This document shows, piece by piece, positions 51,291 to 64,000 of a stretch of 64,000 bases of DNA (its first letter is position 1; every line of letters begins with the position of its first letter). The position numbers were made by a program, and so were the translations under genes. This stretch comes from Rhynchobatus australiae (taxonomy: Eukaryota). Location of the stretch: contig JAUZTB010000064.1 in the NCBI GenBank assembly GCA_034780895.1, forward strand, positions 76,214,176 through 76,278,175. The letters run 5' to 3'. Under the pieces are notes generated by a model. The model was not told the DNA's origin and ran no database searches. It saw only the letters and a list, made by a program, of their open reading frames with translations.

Positions 51291-52699
51291 GTTTATTCTT
51301 CATCCTAATAGAAGAGAAGAAAATTAATAGTTGAAACTATTTAACATGACTATAATACTAAAGTTTCCTTTATTTTCTGTTGTCCAGTTATACTAACTAA
51401 AGCACTTTGACAACAATAGAATCTCACTGCACTACAAGCATTATTGACTGAATGCACGCTTTTGCATGCATTAGTGAAGGAGTTTTTCATTTGCCTTTGA
51501 AGCATAATAATTAATAATTTTACAAAGAAGTTGTGGAGTCATTCATATAGCTAAGAAAATCTACAAATGTTACTTCTTTAAACCCACTTGAGTCCATATT
51601 GTTTATAATTGAATCGTCACAGTTGTACATTATTTATCATATCACATTTGAAGATTAAGAATTGAGATCATTTAAGGGATTTTTGTTTTTCTGGAGATAA
51701 CGTAGCTTTGAAATGAAGCTGATTGGTTTGTTCTTGTAGGTAATTGGGGGTGGAGGGTGCTCAGTGGTCCAAATAACGTCCTTCCATGTTGTAACTATTC
51801 CATGATCTTAAGATGTATAATAGTAAACTTGGGTGTAGAGGGTGCTGAAGCAGTGTCATAGTCTTATTTTGAAGTGTAATCGGTAGAAATGGGCCGGTGT
51901 TCATTTATGTGAACGTCCATAATTTCATGTTGTGTACATAGTATTTCACTGAAAAGTCAAAAGTATTTATATTTTATGTTGAAGATAAATAATGCTTATC
52001 TTACAGTCATGTTGTATTGGAAACTGTTTCAAGATGGACTGTGGAAAAGCATGTACCTNNNNNNNNNNNNNNNNNNNNNNNNNNNNNNNNTAAGTACTCA
52101 GAAAGTAGAAGAAAGAATGTATAAAACAGTTTATTGTTAAATATTGATATGTTAGAAACAGGAACATACCTTTCAGCCTCTTGAGTCTGTTCCACCATAC
52201 AGTTAAGTCATGGCTGATTTGTACCTCAATTTATCTCCTATTACTCCCTCATCGTTAGATACCCCAATCTAGTAGAATCTACCAAACATTCTTAACAATT
52301 TCTGTCTTCCCTATATCTGCAGCCTTTTAAGAGCATCCTCTGTGTGAGAGCATTCTTTTTCATGCGGTGCCTATTTATCTGCCCTTATTCTTAATTTCCC
52401 CTCTGCAGGATATGGTTATCCATATCTTCCTTTAATTGAAGGTCTCCTCACTATTTTCAAAACCTGAGGGAATATAAACCCTTGTTAACCCTTAAGTCCC
52501 TTTGTATTTTCAATATAAATCTATGTTGGCAGAATTGTGGATATTGCTATCAGATAAAGTTTATAGCCAACTAAAAGGATATTGAAGAAGACAATGAGGG
52601 AATAATACCACTTGGCAGGATAAAAGTAGTACAGAAGCTTGACTATGAATTTCAGAGAGTGGTCTAGACAATGAGTGATGTACATTTAGAGTATAGCTG

Positions 52700-53760
52700 A
52701 ACAGGAGAAGGCTTTATTCCATTTTGTCCATGCAGGTCACTTCTATTTCCCAGTTCTTTAGGTGTAACCTTGTAGACTACAGCTCTTCAAGTGCTCAGGT
52801 ACTTTTTACATATGATAAAAGTTTCTTGCTTCCATCACCCTTTCAGCAGCGAGTTCCAGATCCACAGTGTGTTTCATACTCCAGCTGTTCTTTGGATGAA
52901 ACAAATATTCACTTAATTTCCTTCTAATCCTTCTACCAATTAATTTAACTGTATGAACCCTAATAACCAACATCTGTCCCAAGGGAAATAAGTCCTTTCC
53001 CCTGTTTAGGTATTTCATGATTACATGCACCTCAAATAAATCTCCTGTCAGTTTCGTTTGTTCCAACAAAATGTCCAGTCTAGCCCTTTCAGCATCCATG
53101 TAATTCTTCTCTACTCATTCTCCAATGCTATCACGTTTTTCCATATTGGTGACATGATCTCTACAAAACATTCAAGTCATAGCCTAACTAATGAATTGTA
53201 CAGTCCTAGCATAATGATCCCCCTCTTACATTTCTCTGATCAAGGCAAGTAACCCTGATGCCATCTAAACTACCTTAGCTAATTGACCAGCCACCTTCAG
53301 GGATCTTTGGGTATGTGTTTCTGGATATATCTGTTTCTCTACACTTACTAGTGCCTTTCAATTTATTGTCTATTAACTTGCCTTGTTTGCCCTTCCCAAA
53401 ATCACTACCTCACACTTCTCTGGATTAAAATCCATTTGCCACTTATGTACTGTCCTAAGCAGTCTATTCAGATATTTCTTTAGCCAAATACTTCTTCGTT
53501 ATCAATCATGCTTTCAATTTTGCAAACTTAATCTTATCCCCTATATTTGAGTTCACATGAAAAGCAAAAGACAATAGAAATGAGCCATGCAGAATTTCAA
53601 AGCACATGATGCTCAAATGACTGAAACTCTTATTGACCATAACCCTTTGCCCTCCCTCCAGTGAGCCAACTATTGCTCTAGGTTATCACCATGACTTGGA
53701 TTCCATAGGCTTTTACTTTTGTGATCAATTTGCCATGTGAAAATGAAAAAGCATGGAGGG
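52700..53760 (-). mobile_element. Old CR1-like LINE fragment
   Basis: Minus-strand ORF reads LEQTKLTGDLFEVHVIMKYLNRGKDLFPLG...HTVKLIGRRIR. Confidence 0.7.
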
Positions 53761-53899
53761 AATAGAATCAGTGGTAAGAACCAAATTCCACTCCCAAGTG
53801 TTTGAAACAGAACCAGGTTGTTTGATCTCACTGTCATATTTGACCTTGAGGTGATAAGTGCATGAACATAATTCAATGTAAAAATAAACTGAATATAAG

Positions 53900-55415
53900 A
53901 AAAAGGATTTGCTGAGAAAGATAATGGATAAACGATGTGAATTTATGAAAATACATTAGTAGGTAACATAAAAAGTAACTAAAAAGTCTTTGTCTATTAA
54001 TTTGGTATGATGCCCTGGTAGGTAAGGCCAAACAAGTGACCACTTTGTGAAAGCAGAAGGCATAGCTGAAGTGCTGAATAAGTATTTTACATCTGTCTTC
54101 ACCAAAGACAAGTAGGCTTCAAATGGGTAGAGGAGGAGGTATAGAGAAATGGAAAGAATGAAAGTAGGAGAAAGAAATACTTTGAAGATTTTCAATGCCA
54201 AATATAAAAATAATACCTCCTCTTGATAAAATGCATCCTTGGATATTGAGGGCAGTAAAAGTAGAAATAGTAAAAGCTCTTCCAATGCTAGAGATGAGAG
54301 TGGTACCAGAAGACTGGAGGATTGCAAAGACTGTATAAACCCCTGTAAACAAAGAGTTCAAACTTGGTAATTATTAATCAGCGTAACATCCATGATTGTG
54401 AAATTAAAAAGGACAAACTCAGAGTGTGCTTCAATTCTTGGAGTGATATGGTGAGAGTATTGTGATTGACATGTGCATGAAATTTCAAAAAGTTGAAATG
54501 CACGACATTAAAAGATAATCAATTCCATCAATAATGGCTAAGTGGCATAAAGTAGAATGGTTTGTTTTTCCATTCTGAAGTATATGCAGCGATATCCTCA
54601 GGAGCCAGTATTGGGACCATTGCTCTTGTGATTTATCGAAATTGCCTAGGCTTTCTTCAATATAATTTCAAAGTTTGAAATCTGTAAAATTTTAAACTAT
54701 AAATGGGATTTTAACAAACCCGATGAATTGGCAGGTGCAGGAAAGATGAAATTTATGCAGACAGTGTCAAGTGGCTCATTTTGATAGGAAGAATGAGAGA
54801 CAATATAAAGTAAATGGAATTATTTGAAAATGGGCACAGGAACAATGGGTCTTTGTAGATGGGACTGATAAAAAGCATACACGATCCTTGATTTTATGAA
54901 TGGAGGCATGGAGTATAAAACAAGAAAGCAAACTGAAATTCATAAAAGCCCGGCTAGAATATCGTGCCAACCTCTGGGCATTACATTTTAGGAAGAATGT
55001 CAAGGACACAGGAGAGTAGAGTAGATCTGCAATGATTTTACCAGGCATGAGGGACTTAAAATTTTGTGGGAGGTTCATATAAACTGAGGTTTTTCCTCCT
55101 TGTAGCGGTGAAGATTAAGGGGGGGGGTTGATTGTGGTGTTCAAAATAACCAGAAGCTACATGTTTAAGGTAATTGACAAACAAACCTGATATTATATGA
55201 GGAAAAATAATTAACATCTACTTCTTTGCAATGCATTATTTAAAAGAATGCTGGAAATAAATTCAATAATTAAATTAGATAAACTCTTGAAAAGAGACAA
55301 ATTTTAGGGCCAAGAAGAAAGAACAGGGATGTGGGATTAAATGGATAGCTCTTTCAAGATTCAGCATGGACACTGACTCAAGTGGTCTACTGTGTCATGT
55401 CATTCCATGATTCTG
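53900..55415 (+). mobile_element. Old CR1-like LINE (degenerate ORF2 and 3' tail)
   Basis: AEGIAEVLNKYFTSVFTKD at ~54055; VPEDWRIA at ~54300; PQEPVLGPLL at ~54595; tail ttccatgattct. Confidence 0.75.
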
Positions 55416-56919
55416 TTTTCTAGTTACACAATTAGATTCCATAAATGTGGATATATCAGATGTAATTCCTTTTGCATATGCCTATATTTATTATTATGTT
55501 GGTGCGAGCATTTTTTGAGAACAGTTGGAATCTTACTCTAAATATAACCAAACTGCAGATTTTCCAGTGCAAAATGAAAACAATTTCTTCAAAACAGTGC
55601 CTTAGGACTATTTACATCCTCCTGAAAGACCAGCTGGAGTAATGATCTAACATTGGATGCAAGAGCCAGCACCTCCAACATTTCCCATAGCAATGCACTT
55701 CCAGTGTGGGACTTTGATCCACAGCTAGATGGGAATTTAACATCCTGAGTCTGTTCTCCCATTCAATGAGATCCAGCTGATCTGTGACTAACTCATCAAT
55801 CTGCCTTTCCTTTACCATCTAGTTTGCACAACAAATCAATCTNNNNNNNNNNNNNNNNNNNNNNNNNNNNNNNNNNNNNNNNNNNNNNNNNNNNNNNNNN
55901 NNNNNNNNNNNNNNNNNNNNNNNNNNNNNNNNNNNNNNNNNNTCTCGTCTCCTCTGTTCTCTTCGTGCTCCTTTCCCTTCCTTATCCTCCCACCACCCCT
56001 TCCCCAACCCTGCATTGTTTCATTGCTTTCAGCAGCGGGGTGGCAAGGGAATTGCTGAGAAGATGCATCCCTGATTAGGAGACAGACACTTTGCGGTAAG
56101 AATTAAAGATAGCTTTGCTTTCAGTTACATCTTTACATTTTCTCAACTTGGAGTAGCAGAAGTTCTATGCTTGCATGCTGAAGGATAAATTTTAAGTTGT
56201 CTTGGAATAATCTCATAAACGTGTAGAGGCATAATCACTTTGAATATTTTATTTCATTAGGCCTGACCTGAATATTCAGATGAAAATTTCCTCTGTTTTT
56301 AATTTTTTTTGTGATGGTAAAAATTAAATATTTTGATAGATTGAAGAAGAGTCTGTTTTGTAATGAGGAGAAATTTAAACAAAATATTGGAATTATGGAA
56401 TAGAACCTAACAAGAAATATAAGTATACATAAGCCATTCAGCCCCTCGTGCCTGTTCTGCTTTTCAATAATCATGGCTGACCTTTACCTCAGCACAGTTT
56501 TTCTTCACTAATCACTTATCCCTTGATTCCCTTAATATCTAAAATTCTATTGATCTCTGTCTNNNNNNNNNNNNNNNNNNNNNNNNNNNNNNNNCTCTTT
56601 AGTGGATGATTCCAAAGATTCACTACCTTCAGGGCGAAGAAATTTCTCAATTCTATCGTGTGTCACAATAGGTCAGTGACTATTTGTAATGAAAAAGCAG
56701 CTTTGTGTTTTAAATGTATATACAAAGGAAACTGCAAAGAAATTGCCACCTTAATAGGACTGAAATAAACAAGGGAAAGTTGTGCTTGGACGTGGGATCA
56801 TATCATACATAGTAGAAAATGAACTGACAAATGCAAAAACTAATGGATAGAAGGTAAGCACAAAAAAGCAAACTGTAATGGAAAATAGTAGTAGACGTGA
56901 AGGAAGTGAGAAAATAAGA

Positions 56920-57115
56920 AGGCAAAACTGCAGATGCTGGAAATCCAGAATAAAAAACAAAAATGCTGGAACTGCTCACCAGGTCAAGCACCCTCTAGAG
57001 AGGGACACAAGAGTTAACATTTCAGGTTGATGACCCAAGTGCTGAAGAATGATCATCCTGAAATGTTAACTCTCTCTCTTTGCAAGTTGTGTCAGATCTC
57101 TTGCTGCTTTTGTTT
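56920..57115. repeat. Short Penelope-derived element with internal inverted repeat
   Basis: Head actgcagatgctggaaatccag; arms gagttaacatttcaggttgatga and tgatcatcctgaaatgttaactc (57011-57072). Confidence 0.7.
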
Positions 57116-57734
57116 TGGGAAATGGGAATGATGCATTGAGGGTTCCTGTTCACTCAGGCATAGGAAATGATTCTTGAAAAGGGATATATTAGAAATTCTA
57201 TTCAATGTCATCATAAGCAAACCTGATGAAAAACTAGCTGAGAAGGAAATAAGGTCTTTATACAAAGCAGGATAAAGTATGAAGCATAATCCAGGTAGTT
57301 CTAAAAAATATCATCGATTTGAAAACTCAGCCATAGATGAGAGAAGTGAAGGGAAAAATGGTGGAGTGTGTAAAGGGCTACATTGCAGATTGGAATTGAA
57401 GGCTATTAACTCAAGAAGATGAGAAGTCACGGAGAGGAGATTGCAAAGATGCCTGGCTAGAAATAAAATTAGAGCAACGTATATGCTCTGTTTTGCCAAA
57501 AATTAGTTGAAATTGGTGTGAAATATCTCATGGAAAAGCTTTAAAAGGTACAGAAGGAAGGGTTGAGATGGTAGAAAAGTTTAGATACTTGTAAGGAAGC
57601 TTCTGGTTTTTTTGGGAGTACAGTAGGATCTCATGAATGACATTTAACTTCCTGACAAAGGTATTATTTTAAGCAAAAGGGCCTCTTAAGAACTATACAA
57701 ATCAATATCAATCTAGACTCATAATGCCAAACAC

Positions 57735-57900
57735 TAGAGAGTGCAGATGCTAGAATCTGGAGCAACCAGCAATCTGCTGGAGGAACTCAGCAGATTAAGT
57801 AGCAACTGTGGGGAAGGCGGGGTGGTGGGTGGGAAGGAATTGGTGACATTTAGAGTTGAAACCCTGTATTAGGATTGATGCAAGTTTTCGACCATGTCAA
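57735..57900. repeat. Short Penelope-derived terminal-repeat element
   Basis: gtgcagatgctagaatctggagcaaccagcaatctgctggaggaactcagc is near-identical to 31910-31970 and 950-1020. Confidence 0.7.
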
Positions 57901-57959
57901 ACCAAACTGCTGTCTTTTTAGACCTAGTTCTTTTCAACCTATCTATATATGTGGCTGTA

Positions 57960-58660
57960 TAAGAGTGCATTTAAGTAAGGCAAGAGAATGTGCAATGAAC
58001 ATTTATAATTTGTGAAATATGGACAGAAAGAGGGACTTTTGGGTGCATAACCACAGATCCATCAGGATGGGTATTTAAGATATAGGATAGCTCTCTTGGC
58101 TAAGGCTTACAATCTACAAGCTGTTTGATCATATTAGAACTATGTAAACGTTAATAAGTCTAAAGTTAGAGTATTATGTGCATTTCTTGACATGATTTTA
58201 AAAGAATATAGCATTAGAGAGGGTATAGTTGAAATTTTCAAGGTTGTTGCTGGGGTGGTGATTGTGAGGAAAGAATGGCAGAGCTGGGGTTCTTTAGGAC
58301 TGAAGGCTGAGAGAAAAGTTAATAAGGGGAAATGCAAAATGAGAAGCTTCAGAAGAGTGAAGAGGGAGCACCTATTTCCTTTAGCAGAGAGGTCAATAAC
58401 TAAAGGGCATAAATTTAAAATAATTGGTGGAGTTGAAAGGCAATTAATTTCTGAATATGGTGAATATATGGATGTGGTTGCCTGAAAGAGTGATGGAATG
58501 AGAAACCGTAGGCATATTTAATAATGATTTGGATAAGCACTTAATGCCTACAAGTTTAAGGACTGAGAGCTAAGAAGTAGGATTAAAGAGTTCTCTTTGG
58601 CCAGCATGGGCAAGGTTGAATGGAGGCTGACTGACTATGCCATAAATTCCTTTGATTCTT
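57960..58660 (+). mobile_element. Old CR1-like LINE 3' fragment
   Basis: ORF 58192..58485 reads RVKREHLFPLAERSITKGHKFKIIG. Confidence 0.7.
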
Positions 58661-60234
58661 TATCACCTAATATCCTTTTTGTTTCATAATTTCTGGAACT
58701 CTGGCCTTGGCTCCTTTCCTTTTCTCATGCAGTTACAATCACTGTATCTGCTTTGAACAATCAAACTGTTCCAAGTCACTCGTGTTCTGCACTTAGTGGA
58801 ATTTGTTCTCTACTTTGAATAACTGAGTAACTTCCAAAAGAAGAAAATTCAGATAACGATGATGTGTAAGGTTTATATCATTTTAATCTGGAAATGTTTG
58901 ATGTGGCATTGAGAAATGAAATGGAGGACCTTGCTAATAAAAGATGGTTCAGTAGCACATACTTCTGGACAAGATATGGTTAAAGGAGGAAATCACAGAC
59001 CTTCAGGGTAGATGTGAATGTAGTTCTTGGTATATGAAAGGAGGAAAAAGCTATTTTTGTTGATGGAGGATAGATGAAGTTGCTCGGTCAGTGCTGTTCA
59101 AGCAACATTGTACAAAATGTTCTAAGTGATTACCATTGAGATCTGTGATCTTAAGTAGATCCAAAGAAAGGTGAAACTTAATAGAATTATTTAGAGTTGG
59201 AGGTTGGTCTTGATAAGTCTGAATATTCAGTTCTTGAGAAGAAAGGAGTTTCCTCTATATTTTCACATAGATATCCCCTTAACTGGGTTGGATCAACCTT
59301 TGTGCCTTAAAATCTTCATCTGAATATAGATCAGCTATGCACACAGCTGCAATACACCCAAATCACCTTGATCTTTACATCAGTTCTTTAATCACTCGTT
59401 TTGTATGAACCTCTTCCCATAAAACTTGCTGTAATTCCAGTTCTCAAAATAAAGTATCCTCCAATAATGCATTTTTGTAGCATGGCATACTAAAAATTGA
59501 GAAGCTGATCTGATTCATATGATGTACATAATGATTAATAAATGAGTTTAAACTTCAAACTCTTTAACCTGAGGGAATTTGTAAACTTGGCATGATTGAC
59601 GAAGTCCAATAACAGTAATAAAAGAAAGAAAGAGACTCAGAAATAAACTAATGTATTTTGGGTATTTCTCTTGGCTCTTGTTGCTTCTGCTGATTTATGC
59701 TCATTTTAAGATCAGGGCTATTTTAATTAGAAGGTACTAAGGTGTGACAACATCATCTAATTGGGTACAGTATTATGTTGAACTTCTGTCTAATTTCCCA
59801 GTTGTGTCCTACAAAGAAACTCANNNNNNNNNNNNNNNNNNNNNNNNNNNNNNNNNNNNNNNNNNNNNNNNNNNNNNNNNNNNNNNNNNNNNNNNNNNNN
59901 NNNNNNNNNNNNNNNNNNNNNNNNNNNNNNNNNNNNNNNNNNNNNNNNNNNNNNNNNNNNNNNNNNNNNNNNNNNNNNNNNNNNNNNNNNNNNNNNNNNN
60001 NNNNNNNNNNNNNNNNNNNNNNNNNNAAGGCAGTGGACAGTTTGAAATGAAGATTGAGTCATTGTAGCTCATATCACAGAAATTATATTTCATGTAAAGT
60101 ATTTATACTTGCTAGATAATTTTTGATAGGAAGTCAACACACTTTTCTCTTATTTTCAGATAACACTTAATAAAATTCTGTAAGTTTCATCTATCCTTAT
60201 AGTGCAAGAACTGTTAAATACTACTCATGAAAAC

Positions 60235-60542
60235 CAATTCCTCACAATGCCAGAGACCCCAGTTCAATCCTGACCTCGGTACTGTCTGTATGGAGTTAAT
60301 ATGTTCTCCTGGTGACCACGTGAGTTTCCTCCCACATCCCAAACATATGGTTTGGTAGGTTAATTGGCTACTGGAAATTGCCCCGAGTGTGTAGATGAGT
60401 GGTAGAATCCAGGGAGAGTTGATAAGAGTGTGGGGAGAATAAGAAAAAGGATTTATGTAGGATTAGTGTAAATGGGTGGTTGATGGTTGGCACAGACTTG
60501 TTGGGCTGAAGGGCCTATTCCCATGCTATATAACTCTATGAT
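60235..60542 (+). mobile_element. V-SINE-like element, same family as 45555-45915
   Basis: cctcacaatgccagagaccccagttcaatcctgacctc...ggagttaatatgttctcc...gggctgaagggcctattcccatgctatataactctatga. Confidence 0.8.
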
Positions 60543-63500
60543 AATGCCACTTTTTTTAACCAATTTTTAATTGAAAATACTAGTTGTAAAATAGTGTCAT
60601 TAACAATCGCATCCCTTCTTGAGTATGAATTTGTGAACTTGATAAGATGAATGAAGTCCAATAGCACCAACAAAAGAAAAATACAAGTGAAATGTAGCTA
60701 CTAAAAATTAGGAAATATGCACTATTACTGGCTTAATGAGCACAGGGAGGATGATAGGAAGTTATTTTTTAAGATGAGACAGCAGCTATGTCAGATAAAT
60801 TGCAACCTAAATAAGTTGAGTTTAATGCTTTTAAAGATTTTAATGCATAAAAACTGAGAAGCAAGTATTAATCTCAAGTTTTTGGGCATTTCATCCAAAA
60901 ACTTAATTAACATTTCTTACTTATTACTTTATTTAGAACTTGTTTCATTTGAATGCAAATACACCTCTTGCATACTAATAGCGGAGAATACTTGGCTAAT
61001 CACATCTTCAGCAGTTGATAGCCTGCTGAATTACAACCCTTATGATAAATTATTATTAACTAAACTGTAACTATTCAATGGATTCTTGGTGAGGGTAAAG
61101 CGCAACCAGAACTGTTCCACTTTCACCTTTAAGCCCACATTGAACTCATGAATTTTGGATGAGGCTCTCTCAGCACTTTCATCATCCCAAAGCTTGAGGG
61201 TGCATCATATCAGCAATGTTCTAGATCAATAAGTTCATTAACCATGTTGAAAAATGTGCACGGATGATATGTTTTTTCATTAGTACCACTGGTTTATTGA
61301 ATCATTGTTTTCAAATCTAATACAAAAATCAATCTTAAAAGATTTTTATTAAAATTTCATACCAGAGGAGATCCATAATAAGTGTGGTTAGAATGGTAGT
61401 GACATTAACACAATAAAAGGAAATAACATTTTATGTAGATTTTTAGAAGAGTTATGCTGACTAACTCACATCTGTACATCTTTGATCAATGAATTTACGT
61501 TTCTATTCCACTATAAAAGGGTTACTTATACAATCACTGGACAATATACATTTTGATGTTGCTAACAATGTTTAATAAAATTTACTGAATTACAGAGGAG
61601 GTGTATGCTTCACTATTTAGGGGTGGGGCAAGTGTACTAATGTAAAATGGTCCCACTTCAATTCAAAATATCTGAAATGACTCAAGTGATTCTGCTGCAT
61701 TTCTGTAGGATGCCTGTGAACTAGGATGATGTATATATGGTGAGGTAAACACAATTAGAAAGGTAAACATTTAAAAATGTTAACAGGTAGTAAAATTGCT
61801 TTATTTGCTCCTCTGTCATGAAATTTAGAAATATGTCTTAATATGGAGGAAGTACTCTGTTATTGATTATTTTTATCTCAATGCAGTCAGAGTGATTGTG
61901 AGAAGTTATGGAAGTGCCTGGCTTTGTCAAAGGCACTCCACGTTGTATAATGTAAAGAGAAGTATTCTGTGTACGCAGTATGATTTTCATAAGAACTATG
62001 TAATAAAAAATGCCACTAGCCAATCTAGCTTTCATAACTCTGCAGATGTAAACCAATTATTTTTAAAATTCCTGGGTAATCTTAATTATCCTCTGAATGC
62101 TTTTATGCTTTTACAAAGTAAGTTTGAAACTAAAAAAAAGATTAAGGTATGTTCCTATAGTTCTTTTGTGAAGATTAATTACAAGCAGTTCAGTTCCTGT
62201 ATTTAAAAAATTTTCTGCACACAATTTGAAATGCAAGATACAAGGTTTTAGAATTTATAATAGAAATGTATTTTTAGGTTTTTCAGCCATGCATTATAGC
62301 AAATTCAAAGAATATTTTTGATTTCATTATCTTATTTACAGGAATCTACACTACCACAGCCTCAACTTAGTAACAAGCCTTGCCATAGCTCCATTCTAGA
62401 TCAACTTGTCTCTATTTTTGGCCAAGTTCTTGGAAGATTAGGTTAGTGAATTGTTGCAATCCTTTGGCACAGACAGTTGTTCTAACCTATTTTTCAATGA
62501 ACTACCACTAATAGATTTTGTTTAACTTAAAATTCAGCACAAACATTTCTCCGTTTGCATATAGGTGAATTAAGTAATGAGATTTGCACAGTAATAGACA
62601 AATATAAGATATGAATAATAATTTTAGCAAATAAAATGATTATACCCTGGAGATTAGATGGTGCAGTATTGTAGATTCAGGTTTTAAAAAGTTTAAAGGC
62701 TCAAGATGAATGGATGTTTCAATTATTCTCCCCCTCAGGGGCACTAATTGAAATTATTTTTATATTTTTCTTAATCTTATTTATAATAGTTTTATTATTC
62801 ATTACTACTCATAAGTTGGTTAAAAATTAGCAATACAAACCCAGTGTAAAACATGCATAAAATATAGTATGTGACAGAATGGAAAGGCAATACTAGTTCT
62901 TGAGTTTAGAGTTGAAGTTCTTTTGGTATCTCTTGCTTTAATTTTACCAAGCATCATTGTACTTGTTCTACCAAAGTCGGGATGCTNNNNNNNNNNNNNN
63001 NNNNNNNNNNNNNNNNNNNNNNNNNNNNNNNNNNNNNNNNNNNNNNNNNNNNNNNNNNNNNNNNNNNNNNNNNNNNNNNNNNNNNNNNNNNNNNNNNNNN
63101 NNNNNNNNNNNNNNNNNNNNNNNNNNNNNNNNNNNNNNNNNNNNNNNNNNNNNNNNNNNNNNNNNNNNNNNNNNNNNNNNNNNNNNNNNNNNNNNNNNNN
63201 NNNNNNNNNNNNNNNNNNNNNNNNNNNNNNNNNNNGTGATGTTCTAAAATGTTTCGCTATTGCCCGCTGATGGCTCCATCAGTGGTCAGAAAAGATAAAG
63301 ATTAATCACTTGACATTACAAAACTGCTTGAATGCCATAAACATCTGACTGCTCTGGGATGTAAAACTCAGGCAGTGTTATGTAATTGTTAAGTAGCGCT
63401 TCTCACCAACCTTCAGTCAATGCTATCCAATTTCTGTTCAAAGAAGTTTTCTGAGGCTGGATGCTTCTTTAAAATGAAGTTAGAGAAGAAAATTAAGATG

Positions 63501-64000
63501 TTTTGATTAATAAATGAGTAAAAGTTCAATTTGTGATTACATTTTTCAGAAATGACATTTTTTTACAGCATCTCTTTAATCTTTATTATGTTGAGGAACA
63601 GCTTGGTTAAGAGCCCCTCCTATTAGTGTTATCAACATAATTGGAAACTAATGTAATTATATAGGTTTGTTTTAGTTCAGTGTAAACTGCTGATGTTAAC
63701 TGAATTTTACATATAGTAATTGTGCTTGATACTAGCATGCCAAATATCATATTGGGCTACTGTTTATTCCTCCAAAACAAACAATTTAAATGTACAAAAG
63801 ATGCATGGCCACTCAAAATAGAATGAAAATCTTGAAGATATTTCTTTGTAGGTCTTTCTAAATAACTTAGCCCAATCACATTGACATCTTCTGATTTTTT
63901 TTCCAGTTTAATTTCTTTTCCTTGTATTTATTTGTATATGACAAAGTTCTTTTTAATTCTAAGCAGAAATTGTTCTTAAAACCAAAAAAATAGCTTTTAT

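Noticed and set aside
62341-62400. Acceptor-like ttatttacag|G as a possible start of the PALI2 exon
   Set aside because: The phase-2 frame closes after about 19 codons and has no PALI-like sequence.
12-63270. Many long ORFs in the track composed mostly of X (e.g. 12..527, 19183..19722, 25658..26332, 48620..49552)
   Set aside because: They are artefacts of N gaps, which contain no stop codons.
1-64000. Prokaryotic-type systems (CRISPR arrays, operons, defence islands), rRNA and tRNA genes
   Set aside because: None seen. The tRNA-like heads belong to SINEs and the DNA is vertebrate.

Overview
Eukaryotic, AT-rich vertebrate genomic DNA with many N gaps. The repeat types (CR1, Rex1/Babar-like, Penelope, V-SINE) suggest a cartilaginous fish; this is an inference. 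The window holds most of one + strand gene, LCORL (ligand-dependent nuclear receptor corepressor-like). Six coding exons can be read (3106-3171, 14708-14787, 20095-20227, 27666-27920, 34410-34509, 46967-48017), all with GT-AG junctions whose phases join into one frame of 1685 nt. Exon 1 lies upstream of the window, and the large PALI2-type alternative exon is not seen. Introns and the 3' flank are filled with decayed retroelements. I found no convincing new multi-gene system. The best leads are: (i) an intron-containing Harbinger-type Myb/SANT gene fossil in intron 4 whose splice sites could form a poison exon; (ii) several alternative acceptors, plus a perfect TACTAAC branch point, upstream of the last LCORL exon; (iii) an LCOR-like exon 6 in this LCORL; (iv) Penelope-derived short elements with decayed minimal hammerhead ribozyme motifs and hairpins. 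Homology statements come from my recall of the families, not from database searches, and repeat boundaries are approximate.
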